IMG/VR virus record: IMGVR_UViG_3300028840_005764
Coordinates: 78,862-142,861 of that record
Length of the DNA stretch: 64,000 nucleotides
Source: a virus
Reading direction: 5' to 3' (one strand)
Part shown: positions 29,101-37,890 of the stretch, piece by piece
How positions within the stretch are numbered: the first letter of the stretch is position 1
Layout of the letters: the number at the start of each line of letters is the position of its first letter
Notes under the pieces: model-generated
Seen by the model: the letters and a program-made list of their open reading frames with translations, nothing else
Database searches by the model: none
What the model was told of the DNA's origin: nothing
Program-made: the position numbers and the translations under genes

Positions 29101-30757
29101 ATGGGCTCGCCCGTTTGATAATCGGTGTAGTATTGGAACGGTATGAGCTCACCATTCATGGTGGCCATGCCAATGATCATCAGCTGTGGTTCGTCGCCCG
29201 GCTCAGGCCGGGAGCAGTGCCAGTGCACGATGACGCCTCGCACTTCACCCTTGTGCTGCCCGCGCTTCACGGTGTGGAAATACAGGTCAATGGCGTCTGA
29301 GCTCAGCATGGCTTCTCCCTTGGCTGTTGGTGAGAAGACGCGGGGCCCTGGTACTTTCTGACAGCAAACATCAAAAAAAATCAGCCTTTCTTTCTACCTC
29401 AGACCGTAAGTGGTCATTGTCGTAAAAGCGCTCAGAAGTTCTTCAAGCGTGCACGTGGTTCTGTCGGGTGGCCGCAGTGCTGAAAAGATCGTGTACCAGT
29501 CACGCCACCACCACGTGATGTCACGATAGCGCAGAGCCAGGTAGCAGCCGTTGGGCTCAGGGCGCAGAGCACGGCACACCAGCGGCCTGCGCCTCCACGA
29601 CAGCACGCAGCCCCGGGCGCCGAGCATGCTGCATTGCCCCAGGATATGGCCTGTGCACGGCCCGTGGTACGGTAGGTCCTCGAACAACTCGTCGGTGGTT
29701 CGTGGTCGGACAAAGTACCGGCGGCGCGATCCTTCGGTCGGACCTCGCACCCAGTCCAGGGCCCAGCGGCCAGAGGCCAGGGCCTGCATCACGAGCTCAA
29801 CACTGTGATCGAAGTCCGCGGGGTGCGCTGCACCGGGCTCGGTATGGCAACAGCGCCCGCGGCACACTTGGCACAGGACCGTTGGCCTGTACACGGCTAT
29901 GTCAGCCCCGGCCACGGCTAATGCCCACAACACGGGTAGTCGATGCACCCGCAGCTGCAACCGATCCGCGACCCGTCCTGGAGGTAGACCCCGTAGCGAT
30001 CGAAGTGTGAGGCCACGGCGCCGGGCGAACGATCGCCACGCTCGTACGCCGTGCGGCCGTCATATCGTCCGTGGTTCACCTCGTGATCCGACTTCTCGCA
30101 GTCGACGCACGCAACGCGCCCCCCGCCGTACCACTTGGCGCGCGTCCCCCGCCGCAGACGCCAGCCACAGTGCACGCAGGTCCCCGCGTACTTCAACGTG
30201 ATGACTCGTGCCATGTCCAGACCCAACCCTTCTAGCCCCTCACGGGGCTGCTGTAGCCCTTGTCAGGGCTAGTAGAGGACGACGCCCGTGCCCAGTGCAT
30301 CGCTCCTCGACGGTACCTCGCGCAGCGTCATTCCCAGCACGCCACACGCCCAGCCCACCTCAGTCCAGCAGTCGACGTCGCAGTACAGGGCGACACACGT
30401 CTTGCCGTACATGCACCGCCCACTGTACTCTTCCCTGACCTCGACGCCATCAACCCCAGCGTCCTCGAGCAGTCTCACGATTTTGTGTGCCTGGTCCAGT
30501 GTCATGTCGCGTTCCTTTCTCTGGTTTGAGGTGTTCGGGGCTCAGGCGTCCCACGTCTTGACGCAGGTGCCGTCGATGTACGCCGTGATGTGCAGCACAC
30601 CGTCGAGGTCCACGCCCATTGCGTCCCGGAGCTCGGCGTGCAGCGCCATCTCCGTACCGGCCTCTGCCAGCAGCCGGCCGTCTGACCACGCGAGGTGCTG
30701 GCCCCTGCCCTTGTACGTGGAGTGCGTTGTGTAGATGCCAGTTGTGCCTGTTGCCAT
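26116..30757 (-). other. cluster of ~15 small GC-rich co-oriented hypothetical ORFs, many Cys-rich (e.g. 26116-26418, 26463-26933, 27329-27535, 27561-27791, 27825-28202, 28204-28419, 28507-28980, 28977-29309, 30269-30505, 30542-30757)
   Basis: tightly packed - strand ORFs with GGAG RBS; layout typical of early regions. Confidence 0.65.
29394..29960 (-). CDS. YkgJ-like cysteine-cluster protein
   Basis: CQVCRGRCC...CSML...C...RPLVCR. Confidence 0.55.
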   Translation of the reverse strand: MQLRVHRLPVLWALAVAGADIAVYRPTVLCQVCRGRCCHTEPGAAHPADFDHSVELVMQALASGRWALDWVRGPTEGSRRRYFVRPRTTDELFEDLPYHGPCTGHILGQCSMLGARGCVLSWRRRPLVCRALRPEPNGCYLALRYRDITWWWRDWYTIFSALRPPDRTTCTLEELLSAFTTMTTYGLR

Positions 30758-30808
30758 GGTCGATCTCCTTTAGCCCTCAACGAGGCTGGTTTAGCTTACC
30801 AAACAGCT

Positions 30809-30836
30809 ATTCTAAAGCCTTATTCAACAATGTCAA
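30809..30836 (-). promoter_or_regulatory. sigma70-type promoter
   Basis: TTGACA-N16-TAGAAT upstream of the 30757 ORF. Confidence 0.7.
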
Positions 30837-31747
30837 CAAAAAAAGTGTAAATAAAACCACAACAAGTTCCTATCACCGTTTATCCCGTAGTATACAAAGT
30901 ATACTACATCGGATATCTCACCTCTAATCTAGCCCACCGCACGGCTAAAAACGCGCCCGCCCGCAGCCAGCCACCAGCCCCGCGCTGTTCCCCCACCAAA
31001 TAGTTCCAACTACCACGACTATCACTGCTGTACTCCCCACTACCCACTACCGTAGTACAGTACCCTGTACTGATATGTACTCGTTTTGAGGGTTTCGTTG
31101 TTTCCCTTTATATATTCTTTGTGCATTATGCGGTGTGCGGCTTTTCACGTGTGTTGTGTTGTGTGTCGGTCGTGTGGGTGTACGTCAGTGGCCACAGGCT
31201 CACAGTTTACAAGTTTACACAGTGGTTGTGGGGTGGGTGTGGGACGTGGTTAAACACCCCAAAACACCTGCCGCCACACCTCATCGAGGCCGTCAACCCC
31301 CAATTTTGACGTTTTTTCTGTCGCCGTTGAACCTCCTGTGTCGAGAGACACCACCCCGTTTCTATAGTACGTAGTACTACGGGAAAACTTTGGTGACTTT
31401 CACAGCCCCGCATAGGGCTGTAGCACCTGCACCTCAGGCTAAAAGTGTTTTAGCCGCAGCTAAGGCTAACTCAGCCTTGCACAGGTTTAGCCACACGTTA
31501 TGCTAGTGTCTCGTTTTGACGCTTTCACACCTCCGGCTTAGGCACCAGCCCATCACTAGGCTAACGCCGAGTTAGTGTATCACTTTGGTACAGGGTTGAT
31601 CCCGGGCTCAGCCCCGATAAAGCCCTACGTCATCAGCCACACCTTAGGCTAAAAGCTCCTTGACTTTGACGGTTTTGTACCTTGCCTTTAGAGACACCTC
31701 CAAATATTTCGACCTCGGTTTTCAGCCTCGCTCTTGCACCTGGCCCC

Positions 31748-32245
31748 CTACGGCATGCACACCCAGACCGGGGTGCTGCTGGTGCCCGCCACCCGCGTGA
31801 CCGACGAGAACACCTCGCACAGCTCAGCCTCGATCTCTGACGGTCTCAGGTCCGCCTTTCGAGGGCTCTGTGGGTAGTTGCACACCACGGATCCGTCCCA
31901 CGTGCAGGCGTCGAACAGCTCACGGATCGTGATGCGCAGCATGGTGCGCGAGCTCAGTACGTTGAGCACGTTGCTGGCATACACCAGGGTGTATGTGCGG
32001 CTGAGCGCTCGGGTGTCGTGCACGCCTGGCCTGACGTTCTCCCCGAAGTCGTAGGCTGTGACGTCCAGGCCCCTGGCCCTTAGCATCTGCGCGTGTTGCG
32101 CCGTGGTCCCGGATCCGAAGTCTAGGATTGTGTCCTCGGGCCTGGCGATCTCCAGCACCATGCGTGGGACGATGGCCTTGGCACCCACGGCACCTGCGCC
32201 CCGGCTTGTGGCGTTAGCCACCTTGACATCAGCGGTCGAATACAT
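31748..32245 (-). CDS. class I SAM-dependent methyltransferase
   Basis: ILDFGSG, VTAYD, ASNVLNV. Confidence 0.75.
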   Translation of the reverse strand: MYSTADVKVANATSRGAGAVGAKAIVPRMVLEIARPEDTILDFGSGTTAQHAQMLRARGLDVTAYDFGENVRPGVHDTRALSRTYTLVYASNVLNVLSSRTMLRITIRELFDACTWDGSVVCNYPQSPRKADLRPSEIEAELCEVFSSVTRVAGTSSTPVWVCMP

Positions 32246-32610
32246 GGAAACACCTCCACATCTTTTGACGGTTTTTGACCGGCCTTAGCGCACCACGCCA
32301 CAGGCGCACCCCGTGCACCCACACAGGGCGCGCCGCACACGGCGCACACGGCGGCGCATGGCCCCGTCCCCGTTGTCTGCCAGGTGGCAAACGTAGGTCC
32401 ACACGTCACACCCCAACGCCTGTGCGTGTGAGGCCACGGTCTGTGGCACGCGCACCCGGGTCTCGGTGCCGTGGAATGAATTCGACAGGGTCACGGTGGT
32501 GGTCTTGCTCATGTTCGCGCTCCTCTTTTTGACGGTCCCCAGCCCGCCGTTAGGGGTGGAGCCGGGCTGTTCTGTGGCACAACCCGGTGGAAGCCTAGGG
32601 GCAGGCTAAT

Positions 32611-33132
32611 CTAGCCTACGGCCTTGGTCAGCACCTCGGCACCCGCCCGCACCACGAGGTCCTCCACGCGCTCGACCTCCGCACTTTTGACGGATATGGA
32701 CCCGCGCTTGTGCTGCGGCGGGAGCTTTGACGTCACCTCGCGATCGAAGCGCTCCATGGCATCGGTCACGCCCTCCTGCTCCAGGACAGCGTTGCGCGCC
32801 TTGGTCCCCTGCTTGCCGATTTTGATGGCCTCAGGGATCGCCTCTGCGAGGTAGCGCAGGGCGTCGTCACGCGTGATCCCCATGCGACGGATGAGGAGCG
32901 CACACACGATCGTGAAGGGGATCGACGTGGTGGGCTTGGCGTCGGGCACATCACGGCCCTTGGCGAACTCCCCGCACACGTGCACGTGAAAGTCAAAGGA
33001 GTGCGCGCCCGTTTCGAGGGCATCGCGTGCGCCGTTTACCGTGTCTTTGCTCCCCCCATCTGTGAGGATCTTCGCCAGGGCGACGATCTGAGTGGAGGTG
33101 AGGTCCGCGATCTTGGTGGTGTTCTTGGCCAT
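32611..33132 (-). CDS. hypothetical protein
   Basis: start refined to MAKNTT with GGGAG RBS. Confidence 0.55.
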   Translation of the reverse strand: MAKNTTKIADLTSTQIVALAKILTDGGSKDTVNGARDALETGAHSFDFHVHVCGEFAKGRDVPDAKPTTSIPFTIVCALLIRRMGITRDDALRYLAEAIPEAIKIGKQGTKARNAVLEQEGVTDAMERFDREVTSKLPPQHKRGSISVKSAEVERVEDLVVRAGAEVLTKAVG

Positions 33133-33223
33133 GGTACGCGCTCCCGTTTTGATGGGTGCCCATCTCCCCGTTAGGGCATGGTGAGGGGTTGTTCTTGGGC
33201 ACAACCCCACAAAGCCCGGGACT

Positions 33224-34030
33224 CTACTCGCTCGCGCTCAGCGCGGCGCTCAGCTTCGCCTTGCGTGCACCATGCGCAGGGAAGCCCACGATCCCCTTGC
33301 GCTGGCGTTGACAGAGCTTGCACGTGGCACACGTGATATCATCGCGCACCGCAGCAGGACACACGCCCACGGTGCGGCCCGCAGGGGTTTTGACGGGTTT
33401 GTCGGTGCCCATAGGGAGCACGCAGACCACGGGCGCGATCTCAAGTTCGGCCAGTGCGTCCACTTCTGCCAGGTTATCCGCGCTCAGGTTTACCGTGAAT
33501 CCGCTTTCATTCATTGCCTGGATCACGGCCCTATTGTGCGCCGCATTTTCCTTGCCCGTTTCTCCCAATACGTCGTGATGCGTATACGTGAACCCCCCGC
33601 GGTTTGCGCCCACGGAATTTGCCTGGCACAACATGGCAGCAGACTCTGCGCAGATGCGATCGGGGTTGTCTTGCTCGGGGCGCAGATCTCCTAGTTCATT
33701 GTGTCGCCAGATCGTGACGCTATCCGGATCCATCTCTGCCACGGATTGGCAGAAATTTGACCAATTTGAGACGCTGTTATAGGCGCTGGCGTCGACGCGG
33801 TCCCAATGAAATCTACAGTTTCCCCCCTCCCCGTAACAACCCCCCGATCCACGGAGCGGGCAGACGATCGGGCAAGTGGAACGGCTCGAACGGCTCACCG
33901 GGATCTCACCGGTTTTGATATTCTTTGAGACGTGGGTTAGTTGGTGCGTTGTCGGGCTCGCATTGCGTTTGGCGACGGTGAGAAGTGCGAGGAAAAGAGC
34001 GGCGATCGTGTTCTTGATCTCTGTCATCAT
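33224..34030 (-). CDS. Cys-rich phage protein (DUF7227/gp88-like)
   Basis: SKNIKTG, TCP..CP....CY, WRHN..GD, FTYTH, CATCKLC, FPAHG. Confidence 0.65.
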   Translation of the reverse strand: MMTEIKNTIAALFLALLTVAKRNASPTTHQLTHVSKNIKTGEIPVSRSSRSTCPIVCPLRGSGGCYGEGGNCRFHWDRVDASAYNSVSNWSNFCQSVAEMDPDSVTIWRHNELGDLRPEQDNPDRICAESAAMLCQANSVGANRGGFTYTHHDVLGETGKENAAHNRAVIQAMNESGFTVNLSADNLAEVDALAELEIAPVVCVLPMGTDKPVKTPAGRTVGVCPAAVRDDITCATCKLCQRQRKGIVGFPAHGARKAKLSAALSASE

Positions 34031-34096
34031 GGCTTGATCCCTTCTGACGTCTTATGAAAACTTGGTGTGTTTTCTGCGCCCGTTTGCGTGTCTTGT

Positions 34097-34657
34097 TTAG
34101 AACGTTCCCCGGTAGTTTCCAGCGCCATCCCAGAACAAGCGCGATCCGTCGGGCGCGATCGTTCCCTCGTCGTCAAAGTGCCAACCGTCGACGCTGGCGA
34201 TCGTTGCGGCAAGCTTGCCGATCGCGTTTTCTGTTTCGGTGTAGTGACATTGCGCGTAGTAGAGACGATCGCCCATGGTTTCGCACGTGCTGTCATCATA
34301 TGGCACGTGGATCGGTGCGTGCGCCGCTTTCTCGTCGAGACGATCTGCCATTGTCCCGAAGATCGGCGCGATCGTCGCGTTGTCTTGCGTCGCCAGCGCT
34401 TCCTGAATTTGGCCACTATGATCGCGCCGATCGGCGCGATCCTTGCGCTGGCGCGCTTCTGATTTGTACCATCGATCGTCTTTGTTGAGCTTGCGCGCGT
34501 GCTTCGGAGTGCGATCGATCGCGTTCGGCGCCACGGACTCGAACAACTTGCGATCGCGCTTTGCTGCGTTGCGTGTTGCTGTTCTGCGCGTTGCGCGCTT
34601 GCGGTTCTTTGGTGCGCTTGTGGCCAGTGTTGCGAGTGTTGCGAGTGTTGCGAGCAT
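34097..34657 (-). CDS. hypothetical protein
   Basis: GAGGG RBS; LAT x4 N-terminal repeat. Confidence 0.5.
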   Translation of the reverse strand: MLATLATLATLATSAPKNRKRATRRTATRNAAKRDRKLFESVAPNAIDRTPKHARKLNKDDRWYKSEARQRKDRADRRDHSGQIQEALATQDNATIAPIFGTMADRLDEKAAHAPIHVPYDDSTCETMGDRLYYAQCHYTETENAIGKLAATIASVDGWHFDDEGTIAPDGSRLFWDGAGNYRGTF

Positions 34658-34689
34658 CGTGTTTCCCTCGTGTTTCGTGGTTTCTCGTT

Positions 34690-35010
34690 TCAATCCAAGA
34701 TCGGGCAATGGCAAATTGCGGTTCTGTCTTCGCGCTTTGCGGGTGCGCTGTTGAGTTCAACAAAGAGGCTTGCGTGATAGGCCTCAAGTTCGGTTTTGAT
34801 GCGCTCGCACCTTGCCACGGCGATCGGGTAGAGACGATCGCAAGCTGCGAGCGTGCGCGCTTGGCACGCTTCGGGTGCCCAGTATGCATGCCAAGCGGCG
34901 ATCGTTTCGGGTGCTACTTGTACTGTGTGCGCAAGTGGCAAGCGCTTGTGATTGGCGATCATGCTGGCGACGGCAAGAGCGGCGGAGATACAAAGCAAGA
35001 TCGTGATCAT
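34690..35010 (-). CDS. hypothetical protein with signal peptide
   Basis: GAGGG RBS, hydrophobic N-terminus. Confidence 0.45.
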   Translation of the reverse strand: MITILLCISAALAVASMIANHKRLPLAHTVQVAPETIAAWHAYWAPEACQARTLAACDRLYPIAVARCERIKTELEAYHASLFVELNSAPAKREDRTAICHCPILD

Positions 35011-35627
35011 GTGGTTTCCCTCGTGTTGATATCTCTTTATATCACGCTTTAGAGCGTGATTAGATATTTTTTTAATAACGTATTGATATCATTGAAATCT
35101 TAGCTCTTGTCTAGGCTAGTATTTCGTGTTGTGTGTGCATATGTCACATTAGCCTACATGCAAGCTAAGTTATTGAATTCATTGACTAAGCAATGTGATC
35201 TCATTACCCTATAACTTCACATAAAAGACCTATAACTATCGGCACAACTTATTGTTATTATTATACAATCTCGACCATAGGCAAAAAAACGGTTTTCGAT
35301 TGTGTTTTTCCAATGTCCTACATGTAGGACAAGGTATACAAATGGGGGTGGATGTAGTATGGCGGGCGCGCCCCTACTACCTTGTCCTACATCTAGTTTG
35401 TGGTGCTCGTTTCACTTGTTTTGGTATAATACTTGCTAGAAAAGTGAGACAATACCTACATTTGTTTACACACATAATTATATATAACTTATGCATAATT
35501 TATATATCATTGTACCTATGGCACCATATATATATGTCGTGCTGAGAGCTCCTAGGATGCTCTCTAACGAACGAAAAAATCGGAGATATCAGCCTATGGA
35601 TAGGCTTGCGATCGTCCAATACAGAGG

Positions 35628-35649
35628 AAATGTGATCTAAATCACATTT
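35628..35649. promoter_or_regulatory. CRP/FNR-family box
   Basis: AAATGTGATCTAAATCACATTT, 21/22 match to the symmetric CRP consensus. Confidence 0.7.
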
Positions 35650-35758
35650 TAAAATATATCTTATCACTGCCTCAAAACGAGACGATCACTAGTGTGTCAA
35701 ATTGCGACAGTGCATAGCTTATCGCTAGGCTACCCAAGCCGAGACCTAGGCTAGTCTA

Positions 35759-35773
35759 GCAAGTATCGTGCCA
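35759..35773 (-). promoter_or_regulatory. sigma54 -24/-12 element
   Basis: TGGCAC-GATAC-TTGC. Confidence 0.7.
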
Positions 35774-36111
35774 AGCAGTGATATTGAGATAACAACTTAC
35801 ACATGAATACATATCAATACATTTACATACATAAGAGCATATCTTCACACATATGGTTACAATTGAACACAAAAGAGCATAATTGCATACAAAAGCATAC
35901 TTATACGCATAACTACGCATATAAAACTACAATTACATACAATCTCTTACTTGTATCTACAATTGAACACAAAAACGCATAAATACATACAAAAGAACAC
36001 ATTGCAGCATATGAACACACAATCGCGCACACACGCGCACTTGTGGCGCATCTAACCTACACGTAGGCTAAAGTAGGATAACGCAAGGCTAAATAGCTTA
36101 TCACTAGGCTA

Positions 36112-36126
36112 GCAATAATCGTGCCA
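36112..36126 (-). promoter_or_regulatory. sigma54 -24/-12 element
   Basis: TGGCAC-GATTA-TTGC. Confidence 0.7.
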
Positions 36127-36194
36127 TCATCTTAGCTTGGCGCGTGGCTAATTTTCACCGTATCTTATCATAGAAAACTGGCCAGATGTTATGT

Positions 36195-36209
36195 TGGCAC
36201 GATTCTCGC
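36195..36209 (+). promoter_or_regulatory. sigma54 -24/-12-like element (divergent)
   Basis: TGGCAC-GATTC-TCGC. Confidence 0.5.
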
Positions 36210-36280
36210 AATGTTAGGTGCCGGAATATTTTGGGGTCATATTTTTGATGCCCTAGCCCACCCCCCGGCTACCACAGCCT

Positions 36281-36395
36281 ACCGGTGAGCTAATCATAGA
36301 CATCAGTGAGCTAATACAGTATTGAGAGCTAATCATAGACACCGGTGAGCTAATACCGTCATGAGTGAGCTAATTACAGACACCGGTGAGCTAAT
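36281..36395 (+). repeat. six tandem ~21 bp repeats with GAGCTAAT core (iteron-like)
   Basis: AGCT at 36288, 36309, 36327, 36348, 36368, 36389. Confidence 0.85.
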
Positions 36396-36663
36396 CCCAA
36401 TCCCCTATGACCCACCAATCCCACGGCATCCACCATAGTCACAGACCCCCCGGGCCCCACCACCAATTGCCAGCCCACACAGAACTCAACAGAACTAGTA
36501 TCACGTCTGTAGAAAAAAATATTAGAGTTGGCGGGCCGCGTCCAGTCCCGTCTATCAACGTACATCCGCCACCCGGCCCCCGTCACAGGGGCTGTGGGAC
36601 TGGGCGCCCGGCGCTTACCACGCCACGCCACTCACGTTCAACAACCTGTTCTGGGAACGTTAA

Positions 36664-37080
36664 CTAAGAAAGTAGGTCACTGCGTCCAAGGACCTCAACG
36701 TCGTACACCAATTGATAAATGAATTCTCTATTTCTGGTACAGAACTGACTCCCAGCCAACATGCCCATAGACTTGATGAATGCGTTATACGTTTCTACCT
36801 CGGCAACAGCGTATAGATGTAGACGATTTGTTTCTACGCCCCACACACATTTATACAGTTCTTTGACCACGTCCCCAACCATTCTCATGGCTTGGTACAC
36901 GGCGTCTACATCACCCAGTTCCAGGGCCTCAAGTATTGTAAATACAGTAATTGTTTCTAATCCTTTTTCTGCGAAGAAATGGCGTACTAGCCACACAGGC
37001 CATTCCCTACACGGAGTGGCGTCCTTCATTATGTCATCTATACTCCAGTGCCTAATCCTTTTGGTTTTCATCTTTGGCAC
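36664..37080 (-). CDS. hypothetical protein
   Basis: ORF at end of - strand block. Confidence 0.45.
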   Translation of the reverse strand: MPKMKTKRIRHWSIDDIMKDATPCREWPVWLVRHFFAEKGLETITVFTILEALELGDVDAVYQAMRMVGDVVKELYKCVWGVETNRLHLYAVAEVETYNAFIKSMGMLAGSQFCTRNREFIYQLVYDVEVLGRSDLLS

Positions 37081-37341
37081 CTGACTTTTTATAATGGTTT
37101 TTTATCTAGCCAGAGAACGTAGAGCTGCAGCCCTCACACACGTCGATGAACAACGTTGTGGACAACGGTGGATCACTGTACAGCAGATCGTCGTCAATCA
37201 GCGGGGAGCCGGGTGCCTGGCCCAAGAACGAGTCCTCGCCCCACACGTCCTCACTCAGCTCACTACAGCCGTTGTGCGTCTCAAGCGTGAACATCAACCA
37301 ATGCCTCCCACCACACACAGGACACGGTCTAAGACTTCTCA

Positions 37342-37890
37342 TCACAGACTCCTATCACCATTCAGGGTTACGAGTGCGGACACCATGATTTTTGACATTC
37401 GTTGCCAGAGTCCTTCACACAGTCCCGGGCGGTAGACAGCCGCCGTGAAGTCCGTGTGCTCCTTGCAGTACATCTTTAGCCGTGAGTCTTGGTACTTGAC
37501 GCAGGTCTCGAGGTTCGCGAGTCTGTCCCCGGCCTTCGTGATGAGAGCGGCTATGTGCACTGGGTTCCTGGCGTCACACGCAGCCAGCCGCTTACGGCTC
37601 TGGGCCTTACGCGCTCTGCGATTCGGTCCCGGTCTATCTGATACCAGGTCCACGGCGTGAGCGATTTGCCAGTCGAAGTTCTGCGCCACGTCGTCAAGCG
37701 TGGCACTCGTGTCCTCAACTATATCGTGGAGATAGCCGACAACCGAGATCATGGAGCCGTAGTGCTGGAGATGGCGCACAACGTGATCCAGGTGCTCGAC
37801 GTACGGCCGGTGGTCGTACAGCTGTGTACCATGTGCGTGGTACGCCAGGCCCCGGGCCCTTGCCACATCCACCCAGTCATAAGTTTTCAT
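37342..37890 (-). CDS. HD-domain small alarmone hydrolase-like protein (SpoT/Mesh1 type)
   Basis: AH.TQ...PY..H, LHDIVEDT, K.GDRLAN. Confidence 0.8.
   Translation of the reverse strand: MKTYDWVDVARARGLAYHAHGTQLYDHRPYVEHLDHVVRHLQHYGSMISVVGYLHDIVEDTSATLDDVAQNFDWQIAHAVDLVSDRPGPNRRARKAQSRKRLAACDARNPVHIAALITKAGDRLANLETCVKYQDSRLKMYCKEHTDFTAAVYRPGLCEGLWQRMSKIMVSALVTLNGDRSL

Larger units (their letters stand above)
26015..36291. repeat. dispersed palindrome AGCY-N8-RGCT (consensus TAGCC-N8-GGCTA), ~27 copies
   Basis: copies read directly from the sequence; positions in findings. Confidence 0.85.

Noticed and set aside
35252-35545. 97 aa ORF in the island
   Set aside because: TTG start with no RBS and an implausible composition.
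36281-36395. Possible CRISPR array
   Set aside because: Units are only ~21 bp with no unique spacers of CRISPR length, and no cas genes are seen.
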